Assembly: GCA_964196535.1 (NCBI GenBank)
Contig: CAXMUG010000076.1
Coordinates: forward strand, 1-49,535
Reading direction: 5' to 3'
Source of the DNA: an uncultured Mycobacterium sp.
GTDB taxonomy: Bacteria; Pseudomonadota; Gammaproteobacteria; UBA4575
DNA: 49,535 bases
Part shown: positions 9,853-19,018 of the stretch, one piece after another
How positions within the stretch are numbered: position 1 is the first letter of the stretch
How the letters are laid out: each line of letters begins with the position of its first letter
Program-made: the position numbers and the translations under genes
The notes under the pieces: model-generated
What the model was told of the DNA's origin: nothing
The model's input: only the letters and a program-made list of their open reading frames with translations
Database searches by the model: none

Positions 9853-10350
9853 TTAATTTACCGAGTCCGCGGTTGGTTTGGATTCTAAAGCTGAAATTCT
9901 TTTGCTCATTTCACCAGTTTGTAAATCTTCTGCCAGGGCAATAGTTAGTGAATGAACTTCTATACTGTTTGAATCAAGATTTAAGCTGTAGGTGCCTGGC
10001 GTGAGTGTGATGCAATTTGCATATATTGCAGTGGCTAGATCGCCATGCTGAGAAGCATCTAGTGTCATAATATTAGGCTCAATCGGTAGCTTAGGGTGTA
10101 AAATCCTGTAACTTACAATTAGGTTGGATTTAACAACTTCGATAAAAAACCAAGGTAAAAATTTAGGCAATTTGAGATTGGTTTTTAAAGTTGAAAAATC
10201 ACTGCTGAACAAGCCTAACTTTTCTGATACCCAAGCAACAAATATGCAACTGAGTGCACCTAATGAAAGCAGTAAGGTGCCAAAGTGGCCCGATAAAAGT
10301 AACCATAAAGAAAACAGCACAACTGATGCAACGAGTATACGAATGAACAT
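9853..10350 (-). CDS. mrpE: Cation:proton antiporter subunit E (MrpE/MnhE)
   Basis: 165 aa with N-terminal TM helices followed by a soluble domain. It is the first gene of the tightly packed operon. Confidence 0.7.
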   Translation of the reverse strand: MFIRILVASVVLFSLWLLLSGHFGTLLLSLGALSCIFVAWVSEKLGLFSSDFSTLKTNLKLPKFLPWFFIEVVKSNLIVSYRILHPKLPIEPNIMTLDASQHGDLATAIYANCITLTPGTYSLNLDSNSIEVHSLTIALAEDLQTGEMSKRISALESKPTADSVN

Positions 10351-10492
10351 TCTTAGTTTATGGTTTCAGGCTTATTGTGTAATGAGAACTGATAAGCCCA
10401 AAATACTCAAGCCTAGACAATTATTCAAGTTAATCTAGTAGATTATCTATATTGCCAAGTAGATCATTTCTGATCTCTTTATATTAAGAAAA

Positions 10493-11674
10493 CTATATGC
10501 TGCGTGTGGCCAGCTTGAGTCCTTTTTTTGCACAACGATGTGCATCATCCATTTCGTCAAGTTGTTCATGCAATGCAGCTAGCTCAGCATAGGTTTCGGC
10601 CAATGGTTTGCGCGTTAAACTTGATTCAAAATAAGCTTTGGCTTTGCCCCAAAGTTGAGCTTTTTTGCAAATACGCCCTAAGGTTAGATAGAGATTTTCA
10701 TCATTAGTATGTTGCTCTACCCATTGCTCGGCTTTAATTAGTGCTTGGTTAGGATCTTTGACCTCTATTAGACCGTACTCATGTACTAGCGTAGGGCACC
10801 AATTTTTAGCCAATGCATCGCTAACAGTACTTTCGGCAAGCTCATACTTGCCTTGTTGGCGAAGTGCGGTGACATAAGATAGCGTCAATTCATTGTCAGA
10901 TGAAATATTTTCTCTGTACTTTGTGCCTATGTCGTCAATATTAGATTCATTTTGGCTATTGTTGAGTAACCCTTGAATAGCTCTTTTTTCAATCTGACTA
11001 TAAGTATGTTGATCAATATATTTACTATTTTTCAATTGCGGGATAATGCCTGATAGTTTTTCCCAGTCTCCAAGTTGTTCATAGACTTTGGCAAATAAAC
11101 AAGCAATTTTAGGATTAGAACGAATGGTATGTTCATGTTGGCTAAGACTAGCTAATGCTTGTTCAGGCATGCATTGGTCGAGTAATAATTCTGCACGCAG
11201 CACATCGAGTGCAGAATGATCGGTAGGGCTGCTTGTTTTAGCTTCTGCAAGATGAGCATCACGCTCGGCAAAATCACCGCGCATGTGCGCTGCGCGTGCC
11301 GCCCATATGTAGTTTACCATTGCTGAATTGGAATGCACTGCGCCACTTAATAGTAGCTTTTCAGACTGCATCCAGTCTCCATGAGTAAATTTGGTTAGAC
11401 CTTGTTGGGTGTTGCCCAATGCTTTTTTCTGCCGACGTTTATCCATTGCAGATTGGATACGTTTAGGCGCACTAAAAACTAATGCAAATAAACGCAGCAC
11501 AATATAGAAAACGGTAAACAATACGAATAAGCCAATAACGAATTCAACGAGTGGTAATTCATAGGTAGTTTCACCATAAGTGAAACTAGCAAAGCCTGGA
11601 GCTTGCATCGCTAAAAATACCGCTGCTGTAAAAACGATAAGAAAGAAAATAAATACTAGTAATGCGCGAATCAT
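10493..11674 (-). CDS. hemY: HemY-like heme biosynthesis-associated TPR membrane protein
   Basis: 393 aa with two N-terminal TM helices plus TPR repeats. Position after hemX matches the hemCDXY order. Confidence 0.8.
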   Translation of the reverse strand: MIRALLVFIFFLIVFTAAVFLAMQAPGFASFTYGETTYELPLVEFVIGLFVLFTVFYIVLRLFALVFSAPKRIQSAMDKRRQKKALGNTQQGLTKFTHGDWMQSEKLLLSGAVHSNSAMVNYIWAARAAHMRGDFAERDAHLAEAKTSSPTDHSALDVLRAELLLDQCMPEQALASLSQHEHTIRSNPKIACLFAKVYEQLGDWEKLSGIIPQLKNSKYIDQHTYSQIEKRAIQGLLNNSQNESNIDDIGTKYRENISSDNELTLSYVTALRQQGKYELAESTVSDALAKNWCPTLVHEYGLIEVKDPNQALIKAEQWVEQHTNDENLYLTLGRICKKAQLWGKAKAYFESSLTRKPLAETYAELAALHEQLDEMDDAHRCAKKGLKLATRSI

Positions 11675-11688
11675 TTATCTGTGCCTAA

Positions 11689-12801
11689 TTAACTATTATT
11701 AATTGTTTCCATGGTTTTAATAAGCAAAGCGTTAGCTTCGGTGATATCTGGAAGTTCTGGTTCCAAGTTAATATCATTAAGCTCACTTAATTCCTCAATT
11801 ATTTCTCTTTTATCATACAGGGTATCGGTAGACTCGAGCCAAGCTAGTGCTGCTTCAAGTTCTTGGTGGTATGCATCATCATCGCGACTGGCAACGGCAT
11901 ATTTTGCACCTAAAAGCTTCATGCGTAAAAACTCATAGGCTTGTAGGCTTTCTTGCTCGTTAATAAACATTTTTAGCTTTTGTTCTTCTCGGGTAACTTT
12001 TATTGAATCATTGATGGAATTTTTTACCCCATCTACCAGCTTTCCCCAGCCGGAGAGTTCTTCACTATTCGATTTTTCTTTGTCATCTGCAGAGTTTTTT
12101 TCTTGCTGATGTTTTGCATTTTTGATTATGCTTTGCTTTAGGCCCGCTAGAATATTGTCTATATGTAAACTGATGTCGACCCAGTCAGGGTAGGGAAAGT
12201 TTTTTAATTTTCCAACTTGCTTAGAAACAGATTCTCGCACTGGTAATAAACGCGGATCATTAAGTTCATGCAGCCTTGAGCTTGCTGCCTTCAACGCAGT
12301 GATGGTGCCAGGCACATCTCGTTCGATACGTAAACGATGATTAGCCATGCGTAATATATGTTCGGTTTCCTTTAGACCCCAACCAAGTTGGCTACGATTC
12401 ACATGTTGTAAAGTCTCTTGCACGGCTAATTCAACGTCTTTTTGAGCTTTAGCTTGGTATTCAATTTGACTTGATAGCTCCCCAACCGTTTGATTGATTG
12501 AACTAACATTAATCTCAATCTGTTTTTTAAAATTCTGTAATTTTATACTTTCATCGATAGTGGCTACTTCATGTGAAATAGATTGTCGATCTACCGCAGC
12601 TTGATCCATGCGCTTATTGAGATCAAGCCAAACTTTATAACCTAGAGCGATACCTGTGCCTGAGAGCAATAGTGCAAGCAAAGAGAGCAGGCCTATTAAA
12701 AAGCGACCGCTACCACCAGATTTTGTGGCTGATTTTTTGCCAGGTTGATTGGGTTGGGTTTGATTAGAGGCTTGCTTATTGTCTGACATTTTGTCTCTCA
12801 C
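11689..12801 (-). CDS. hemX: HemX-like membrane-anchored coiled-coil protein
   Basis: 370 aa with a Lys/Gln-rich N-terminus, one TM helix and a long coiled coil. Located between hemD and hemY. Confidence 0.75.
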   Translation of the reverse strand: MRDKMSDNKQASNQTQPNQPGKKSATKSGGSGRFLIGLLSLLALLLSGTGIALGYKVWLDLNKRMDQAAVDRQSISHEVATIDESIKLQNFKKQIEINVSSINQTVGELSSQIEYQAKAQKDVELAVQETLQHVNRSQLGWGLKETEHILRMANHRLRIERDVPGTITALKAASSRLHELNDPRLLPVRESVSKQVGKLKNFPYPDWVDISLHIDNILAGLKQSIIKNAKHQQEKNSADDKEKSNSEELSGWGKLVDGVKNSINDSIKVTREEQKLKMFINEQESLQAYEFLRMKLLGAKYAVASRDDDAYHQELEAALAWLESTDTLYDKREIIEELSELNDINLEPELPDITEANALLIKTMETINNS

Positions 12802-12838
12802 ATTTACTTATTATAGTCGTCTTAGTTATGGGGAGCAT

Positions 12839-13609
12839 TTACGCCCAAGTACTTAAAGCTGCCAGCATTGCTCCGTCACTAGGATTTTCCGCTATTATAG
12901 AATTTTTTGCGAATCCAACTCTAGCTGTAGCATCTGCAATGCGTTTACTGCCCACAATAAATGCCATATCGCTTAACCACTGTTGCTCTTCTAAGGTGCA
13001 CAGTGACCATAAGTTTTGTGCTGACTCTACACTGTGTAAAAGTATAGCCGTATCATGTTTGGGAAGCTGAATTAGGTTGATGCGATTGCGTTCACTCGGC
13101 AACTGTCGTTGATACACCTCTGCATAGTCAACTTTTGCATCTCTTGCTTCAAGGGTCTGGCGTAAATGTTCACGTCCACCGTCGCCACGTATTATTAAGA
13201 TCTTTTGCTGTGCGATATTATGAAGAGCTGGATCGTTAAGTAAATCTTCGCTGGTAAAGCCTGTTTCTGGAACGATAGTGACTTTGCAACCATACTGCTC
13301 TAATGCGGCTTTAGTTGCTGGGCCTACGGCTGCCAACGTAGAATTATTAAATCGTATACCTAATTCTTGTGCAGCGCTCATAGCGTAGTGCACAGAATTT
13401 GTGCTGATAAATATTATGACTTGGTAGCTTGCAAGATTACTAAAATAGTGTTTTGCGGTTTCAATGTTACTGGAAGCACTAATACTTATTACAGGGAAAT
13501 GAATAACGGTAGCTTGGCGAACCTCTAATAATTCAAGGATATTCTGCGCTTTCTCCAGTGGGCGTGTTACGACGATAGTTTTTTCAGCAAGTAATGATTT
13601 TGCAGACAT
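12839..13609 (-). CDS. hemD: Uroporphyrinogen-III synthase
   Basis: 256 aa. Located directly downstream of hemC, with a HEM4-like pattern (VTRP....L..LG, AVGPATA-like AAVGPATKAAL). Confidence 0.85.
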   Translation of the reverse strand: MSAKSLLAEKTIVVTRPLEKAQNILELLEVRQATVIHFPVISISASSNIETAKHYFSNLASYQVIIFISTNSVHYAMSAAQELGIRFNNSTLAAVGPATKAALEQYGCKVTIVPETGFTSEDLLNDPALHNIAQQKILIIRGDGGREHLRQTLEARDAKVDYAEVYQRQLPSERNRINLIQLPKHDTAILLHSVESAQNLWSLCTLEEQQWLSDMAFIVGSKRIADATARVGFAKNSIIAENPSDGAMLAALSTWA

Positions 13610-13713
13610 GTATTGAATATCCTCAGCTGAATAGATGGCAGCTGAACTATCTTACCCGAAATATTTTATAATTATGGTGTGAGGAATGGGGCTGCGTCAA
13701 TACTAGCAAGCAT

Positions 13714-14631
13714 CTATAGACATGCCTTGAGGATTTCGTCTGCTCCTAACTTGACTAATTCAGCCGCTACCCGTTGCCCGATTGCTATTGGGTCTGTCTG
13801 TGGACCTTGTGCTTCACTGCGACAAAGTTTACTGCCATCCGGCATGCCCACTAAGGAGCGCAAATGCAGCTGATTAGCATTAAGTTGTGCAAATCCAGCG
13901 ATGGGTAATTGGCAACCGCCTTCCAAGCTTTGGCTAATCGCACGCTCCGCCGTTACACAAATATTTGTTTCTAGGTGATTCAAGGGTGCAATTAATTTTT
14001 CTATTTCAATATCATTTTCTCTACATTCAACTCCAATAGCGCCTTGGCCAATCGCGGGAAGCGATACTTCAGTGGAAAGTTGTGAGCGAATTCTGTCGTT
14101 AAATCCAAGACGTTGTAATCCGGCTACCGCAAGAATAATGGCATCGTATTGACCATCATCTAATTTTGCTAAGCGTGTATTTACATTGCCGCGCAATAAC
14201 TTAATTTCTAAATGTGGGTAAGCTGCCATGATTTGGCAGGCACGTCGAGCACTAGCTGTGCCGACTATAGCTTTATCCGGAAGCGCATCTAAGTCGTCAT
14301 AAGTATTCGACACAAATGCATCGCATGGGTTGGCGCGTTCTAATATAACCGGCAAGTGTAGGCTGGGTGGCAGTTCAATCGGAACATCTTTCATTGAATG
14401 CACAGCAATGTCTGCACTTCTTTCAAGTAAGCCACGCTCTAATTCTTTTACGAATAAGCCTTTGCCTCCTTGGGTAGCGAGCGACTCTTCTAGTAACTGA
14501 TCACCTGTGGTGGTCATTTTGATTAATTCAATAGATAAGCTCTCACCGTGTGCTTCCGTTAATAAACGAGAAACTTCTTCGGCTTGCCATAATGCCAGCG
14601 CGCTTTTTCGGGTAGCGATTCTTATATGCAC
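13714..14631 (-). CDS. hemC: Hydroxymethylbilane synthase (porphobilinogen deaminase)
   Basis: 305 aa. Motifs IRIATRKSALALWQAE, VHSMKDVP and RGNVNTRLAKL are present. Confidence 0.95.
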   Translation of the reverse strand: MHIRIATRKSALALWQAEEVSRLLTEAHGESLSIELIKMTTTGDQLLEESLATQGGKGLFVKELERGLLERSADIAVHSMKDVPIELPPSLHLPVILERANPCDAFVSNTYDDLDALPDKAIVGTASARRACQIMAAYPHLEIKLLRGNVNTRLAKLDDGQYDAIILAVAGLQRLGFNDRIRSQLSTEVSLPAIGQGAIGVECRENDIEIEKLIAPLNHLETNICVTAERAISQSLEGGCQLPIAGFAQLNANQLHLRSLVGMPDGSKLCRSEAQGPQTDPIAIGQRVAAELVKLGADEILKACL

Positions 14632-14696
14632 AAGCTAAAAGGTAGGTATTCCCTTGCGGTTTGAGCACAAGGGATGAAAATATATGCTAATAATAA

Positions 14697-15428
14697 TTAA
14701 CGCGATTTAAGAAATTTACGCACTTCTGCTACATGTCGACGACTAATTTCTAGACGATCTTCAATCTCGCGGAAAGTCACTACAAAACGTCCATCTTGGT
14801 TTTTTTCCATGCCGCTGATGTAGTTGGTGCTGACTAAGGCATTACGATGAATGCGTATTACTCTATTTTCAAACTCATTCTCTAGATTCTTCAGAGCATC
14901 TTCAATTAACACCTCACCACCAAGGTGTCGAACCGTGATGTATTTTTGATCAGCTTGAAAATAAAGAACTTCATCTACTGGGATGAGTTCCAAATTGCCG
15001 CGGATGCGTGCACAAATGTGGCTGCGACCTTGGTTATCGGTTTCTTGGTTTAATGTTGCGATCTGTGCCCTGGTAAGTTTCTTGGCGCGCGCAATCGAAG
15101 TTTCAAGCTTTTCTTGCCGCACTGGCTTAACAAGATAACCTACTGCAGAAGTATCAAATGCCTCTAAAGCATGCTCGCTATAGGCAGTGGTAAAAATAAT
15201 TGCCGGTGGCTCGTCCATTTCAGTTAGATGACGTGCAGCTTCCAAGCCATCCATGCCAGGCATGCGAATATCCATCAACACCACATCAGGGCGGATAGAC
15301 TGCACCATTTCTACGGCTTCGATACCATTGGTAGCTTCGCCTGTACTTGAAACATCATCAATACTGCTAAGCATATGCGCTAGTCGGTCACGTGCTGGTG
15401 CTTCGTCGTCTACGATCAAAATTTTCAT
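14697..15428 (-). CDS. algR: LytTR-family two-component response regulator (AlgR-like)
   Basis: 243 aa. Receiver domain (KILIVDDE..., DVVLMDIRMPGMDG) plus a C-terminal LytTR DNA-binding domain. algZ-algR-hemC synteny as in Pseudomonas. Confidence 0.9.
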   Translation of the reverse strand: MKILIVDDEAPARDRLAHMLSSIDDVSSTGEATNGIEAVEMVQSIRPDVVLMDIRMPGMDGLEAARHLTEMDEPPAIIFTTAYSEHALEAFDTSAVGYLVKPVRQEKLETSIARAKKLTRAQIATLNQETDNQGRSHICARIRGNLELIPVDEVLYFQADQKYITVRHLGGEVLIEDALKNLENEFENRVIRIHRNALVSTNYISGMEKNQDGRFVVTFREIEDRLEISRRHVAEVRKFLKSR

Positions 15429-15526
15429 ACATCTGCCTCGATAGGAATGTTAAATGAAACCTTATAAAAACCCTGTGCATGGCGAATATCCATACTGCTG
15501 AAATCACCATAGGCCAATTGTAGCCT

Positions 15527-16540
15527 TTATCTGATGTTTTCTTGCGCCATTTTATTGCCAGGGCGTTTTCGGTCAATATTTATATCTCCAACTGGGTTGC
15601 TAATTGTAAGGTGTAAATCGTGCTGTGTGGAAGTAATGTCGATATTTACTGTGCCGCCTTTGGTGAGGGGCTCCACTCCATGGTAAATAGCATTCTCAAC
15701 TATAGGTTGTAGGATTAGGGCTGGGACCTTGGTCTTTAAGCTTATACCTTCTTCTATTTTTAATTCAATAGTAAGGCGATCACCAAGCCGCAGTTTTTCC
15801 ATATTAATGTAACGGCGAGTGAAATTTAGTTCTTCTTGTAGCGAAACCTTGTCCTGGTGACCCAAAGAAGCACGAAACAGGTCAGCCAAATCTTCAACTG
15901 CTTTTTCTGCCAGTGCCGGGTTGGTTAGCGTCAGACTCGCAATAGTATTCATACTATTAAATAAGAAATGTGGTCGAATTCGAGCTTGTAAGGCCTGGAT
16001 TCTTGATTTTGCCTCTACTTGTATATTGGCTCTCCATTGATGCTGCACATAGAAATAACGTAATGCTACAGCTGAAACGATGGCGCTGATAGCCATATTG
16101 CGGATCAAGACGTCGCTAGTCAGAATAGCTAAAAGATTAAGCGTTTGTACAATTTCAGGCGAGGCCGCCCAAAGTGCTTCAGTTGGGGTGACCAGAATGG
16201 AAGCCACCGAAACGATCAAGGTGATCGTTAAGCTCAGTGCGTAGTAGGTGATCGCAGCAGTAGCAGGATGGAGTTTGTGTAGAAATTTACGACTTACACA
16301 TAATACAAGTATGTTGCCAATGGCGATAAAAGTGACAAAAAGAGAAACTAATGACAGATACACCCAGAAATTTGGTCGCGAGACACCGCCTGCAAGGGTT
16401 AATACAAAAGATAGTAGTTGGGCAATTAATATCGCTAAAAAAATGATTCGCGCATTACAAAAGTCAGGCAGAAACGTATGCTCCGCAGCATCTGCTTCAC
16501 TAGTCTTTGACTGATTCTTTGGGTCTGATTTATCTGTCAT
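15527..16540 (-). CDS. algZ: LytS/AlgZ(FimS)-type sensor histidine kinase, ended by an in-frame TAA; the conserved frame continues to 15425
   Basis: 337 aa with TM helices, HFLFNSMNTIASL (His_kinase) and ENAIYHG (N box). After TAA (15527-15529) the same frame encodes RLQLAYGDFSSMDIRHAQGFYKVSFNIPIEADV, the missing end of the ATPase domain. That frame stops in an ATGA overlap with algR (15425-15428). Confidence 0.85.
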   Translation of the reverse strand: MTDKSDPKNQSKTSEADAAEHTFLPDFCNARIIFLAILIAQLLSFVLTLAGGVSRPNFWVYLSLVSLFVTFIAIGNILVLCVSRKFLHKLHPATAAITYYALSLTITLIVSVASILVTPTEALWAASPEIVQTLNLLAILTSDVLIRNMAISAIVSAVALRYFYVQHQWRANIQVEAKSRIQALQARIRPHFLFNSMNTIASLTLTNPALAEKAVEDLADLFRASLGHQDKVSLQEELNFTRRYINMEKLRLGDRLTIELKIEEGISLKTKVPALILQPIVENAIYHGVEPLTKGGTVNIDITSTQHDLHLTISNPVGDINIDRKRPGNKMAQENIR

Positions 16541-16651
16541 TACAATTTATAAACAAGTATGCGTGAGTCGTTCTTGGGTGAGCTAATGTTATACTTTGGC
16601 CCACTATTTAGAAGCTGTTTATTAGAACCTATATATTTAAATGAACCAAAA

Positions 16652-18046
16652 ATGAGTAATAAAGGTACAAAACTATGGGGCGGTCGTTTTACTGAGGCCA
16701 CAGATGAATTTGTTGAGCAATTTAACGCATCTGTAGGGTTTGATAAACGACTATTTAAGCATGATATCCAAGGATCTCGTGCGCATGCTGAAATGCTGGC
16801 TCATATAGGCATTCTAAATAGCCATGACTGCGATGCAATACTAAAAGCGCTAGACAGTATAGAAGCTGAAATCGAGGCAGGGAACTTCGAGTGGAAAACC
16901 GAGCTTGAAGATGTACATATGAATATCGAAGCACGTCTGACCGAGTTGGTGGGCGAGGCTGGTAAGCGAATTCATACAGGGCGATCTCGTAATGATCAGG
17001 TGGCTACTGATGTGCGACTTTATCTTCGCGATGCTATTGACGATATAGATAAGCGACTTGAAGCGTTGCAACAAGCTATTCTGAGCATTGCTGAGCAAGA
17101 AAGCGCAACTATTATGCCGGGTTTCACGCATTTGCAAGTGGCACAAGTGATCACGTTTGGACATCATATGTTGGCTTGGTTTGAAATGATATGTCGCGAT
17201 CGTGTGCGACTGCAACAATGTCGCGTGAGCACCAACGTAATGCCATTAGGCTCTGCCGCACTTGCGGGCAGTAGCTTTGCTTTGGATCGAGAGTTCGTTG
17301 CAGAAAAGTTAAAGTTTGCTACACCCAGTCATAATAGTTTAGATGCAGTGAGTGATCGAGATTTTGCCATCGAGTTTTGTGCCTTTGGAGCTATCTTGTT
17401 CGCACACATGTCACGCATTGCAGAAGAGTTAGTGCTGTGGACTTCTACACAATTCAATTTTATCGATCTGCCAGACCGGTTTTGCACGGGTTCTTCTATC
17501 ATGCCGCAGAAAAAGAATCCCGATGTACCGGAATTGGTGCGTGGCAAAACAGCGCGTGTGTATGCAAATCTATTTGCTTTATTAACCTTGATGAAAAGCC
17601 AGCCCTTGGCCTATAACAAAGATAACCAAGAAGATAAGGAGCCGTTATTTGATACGGTAGATACAGTTCACGACTGTGTGGTGGCATTTGCCAATATGAT
17701 TCCGCATATCAAAGTAAATCGAGAAGTGTTGATGCTTGCTGCACAGCAAGGCTATGCAACAGCTACTGATCTTGCGGATTACTTAGTGCAAAAGAAAGTA
17801 CCGTTTCGTGATGCACACGAAGTGGTAGGCAAAACAGTTAAATACGCTATTGAGAAAAATAAAAAGTTAGATGAGTTAGATTTGCATGAATTACAAAAAT
17901 TCAGCCCATCCATTTCTGATGATGTATTTAAAATTCTTTCAGTGGAAGGCTCAGTCGCATCTAAGAACACCTATGGTGGAACGTCACCTATTCAAGTCAT
18001 TGCGCAAATTAAGCTCGCAAAAGAGCGCCTTGAGGATTTTAACTAA
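16652..18046 (+). CDS. argH: Argininosuccinate lyase
   Basis: [13 protein letters not shown] start, and the [16 protein letters not shown] fumarate-lyase signature. The track's upstream start (16559) adds a non-conserved extension. Confidence 0.95.
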   Translation: MSNKGTKLWGGRFTEATDEFVEQFNASVGFDKRLFKHDIQGSRAHAEMLAHIGILNSHDCDAILKALDSIEAEIEAGNFEWKTELEDVHMNIEARLTELVGEAGKRIHTGRSRNDQVATDVRLYLRDAIDDIDKRLEALQQAILSIAEQESATIMPGFTHLQVAQVITFGHHMLAWFEMICRDRVRLQQCRVSTNVMPLGSAALAGSSFALDREFVAEKLKFATPSHNSLDAVSDRDFAIEFCAFGAILFAHMSRIAEELVLWTSTQFNFIDLPDRFCTGSSIMPQKKNPDVPELVRGKTARVYANLFALLTLMKSQPLAYNKDNQEDKEPLFDTVDTVHDCVVAFANMIPHIKVNREVLMLAAQQGYATATDLADYLVQKKVPFRDAHEVVGKTVKYAIEKNKKLDELDLHELQKFSPSISDDVFKILSVEGSVASKNTYGGTSPIQVIAQIKLAKERLEDFN

Positions 18047-18061
18047 AACGTATTTAAATAG

Positions 18062-18724
18062 TTACTGCCAGCAGTTTAGAAGAAATTCGCGTATATCTTG
18101 AATTTCTTCTGCGCACACCGTGTGCGCGCAGGGGTAATCATGCCAATCAATCTTAAAGCCTTGTTCTTCGAGCACATCTTTAGCCAAGTTCGCAAACGCA
18201 AGAGGTACAACATCATCATAGATACCGTGAGCCATGAATATTGGTAAATCACGTTGTGTGTCTTTAGTAAAACTCTCCAGTTCTTCGCGTATAGGCAAAT
18301 AGCAAGACAAGGCGAGTAGCCCCCCTAAGGGCTGTTGATATGTAAGGCCGGTATATAGAGTTAATGCGCCGCCCTGTGAAAACCCCGCTAAAATAATCTT
18401 GTTTGCGTCAATACCATCGCCAATCTCCTGCTGTATAAGTAGCTTAATTTCCTCACTAATTTTTTTAATACCTACCGTATCTTCCTGACTGTTCTTTTCA
18501 AGGCCATAAATGTCATACCAAGCTGGCATCTGCATGCCATTGTTTAAGGTAACTGCTTGAATGGGTGCATGAGGGAAAATAAATCTGGCTTTCACTGAAG
18601 CAGGCACATTTAGCTCGGCAACAACGGGTTCAAAATCGTGGCCATTTGCACCCAAGCCGTGCAACCAAATTACCGTGCAATCAGGATTATTTTGAGTTTC
18701 AATTTGAATTGTGGGAAGAGGCAT
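18062..18724 (-). CDS. Phospholipase/carboxylesterase-family alpha/beta hydrolase
   Basis: 220 aa with GFSQGG nucleophile elbow, HG..D and a C-terminal His. Similar in size to Pseudomonas carboxylesterase II. Confidence 0.8.
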   Translation of the reverse strand: MPLPTIQIETQNNPDCTVIWLHGLGANGHDFEPVVAELNVPASVKARFIFPHAPIQAVTLNNGMQMPAWYDIYGLEKNSQEDTVGIKKISEEIKLLIQQEIGDGIDANKIILAGFSQGGALTLYTGLTYQQPLGGLLALSCYLPIREELESFTKDTQRDLPIFMAHGIYDDVVPLAFANLAKDVLEEQGFKIDWHDYPCAHTVCAEEIQDIREFLLNCWQ

Positions 18725-18813
18725 ACTTAATAATGTTCCGGAATAATGTATTGGGTAAGGTTTCTTGTCGTGGGATTGGTCTATACAATAGCGGCGAAAT
18801 ATAGAGTATATAG

Positions 18814-18963
18814 ATGTTACACCTCAAACCATATTTTCTCGCCATTCTTGTTGGCTGCACGTTATTGCTTGGTGCATGTGGGCAAACAGGAGATTTATAT
18901 CTGCCTGAAGAAGAAGCAGAGCCTAAAGAGGCCGAGTCAAAAAAAGAAAAATCAAAAAACTAA
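18814..18963 (+). CDS. lptM: Small lipoprotein, LptM (YifL/LppL)-like, 49 aa
   Basis: My own translation is MLHLKPYFLAILVGCTLLLGACGQTGDLYLPEEEAEPKEAESKKEKSKN. It has a lipobox LGAC followed by GQTGDLYLP, which matches the family's GxKGPLYLP motif. Its position directly upstream of lysA matches lppL-lysA in Pseudomonas. It is below the ORF-track length cutoff. Confidence 0.75.
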   Translation: MLHLKPYFLAILVGCTLLLGACGQTGDLYLPEEEAEPKEAESKKEKSKN

Positions 18964-19018
18964 AAATTTTTGAAACTTTCCCATCACCTATTGTTAATTA
19001 TATTTGCTGTAAAAAGCC

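Noticed and set aside
14650-14674. 7-bp hairpin (TCCCTTG...CAAGGGA) between algR and hemC as a terminator
   Set aside because: No convincing T-tract follows it on the minus strand. It may be an attenuating structure, but the evidence is insufficient.
16559-16651. N-terminal 31-codon extension of argH in the ORF track
   Set aside because: The conserved ArgH N-terminus begins at [13 protein letters not shown] (ATG 16652). The extension is non-conserved and would run through the divergent promoter region.
18746-18973. 75-aa ORF in the supplied track upstream of lysA
   Set aside because: It has no recognisable features and an odd Cys/Tyr/Lys-rich composition. A different frame in the same interval encodes a convincing LptM-like lipoprotein.
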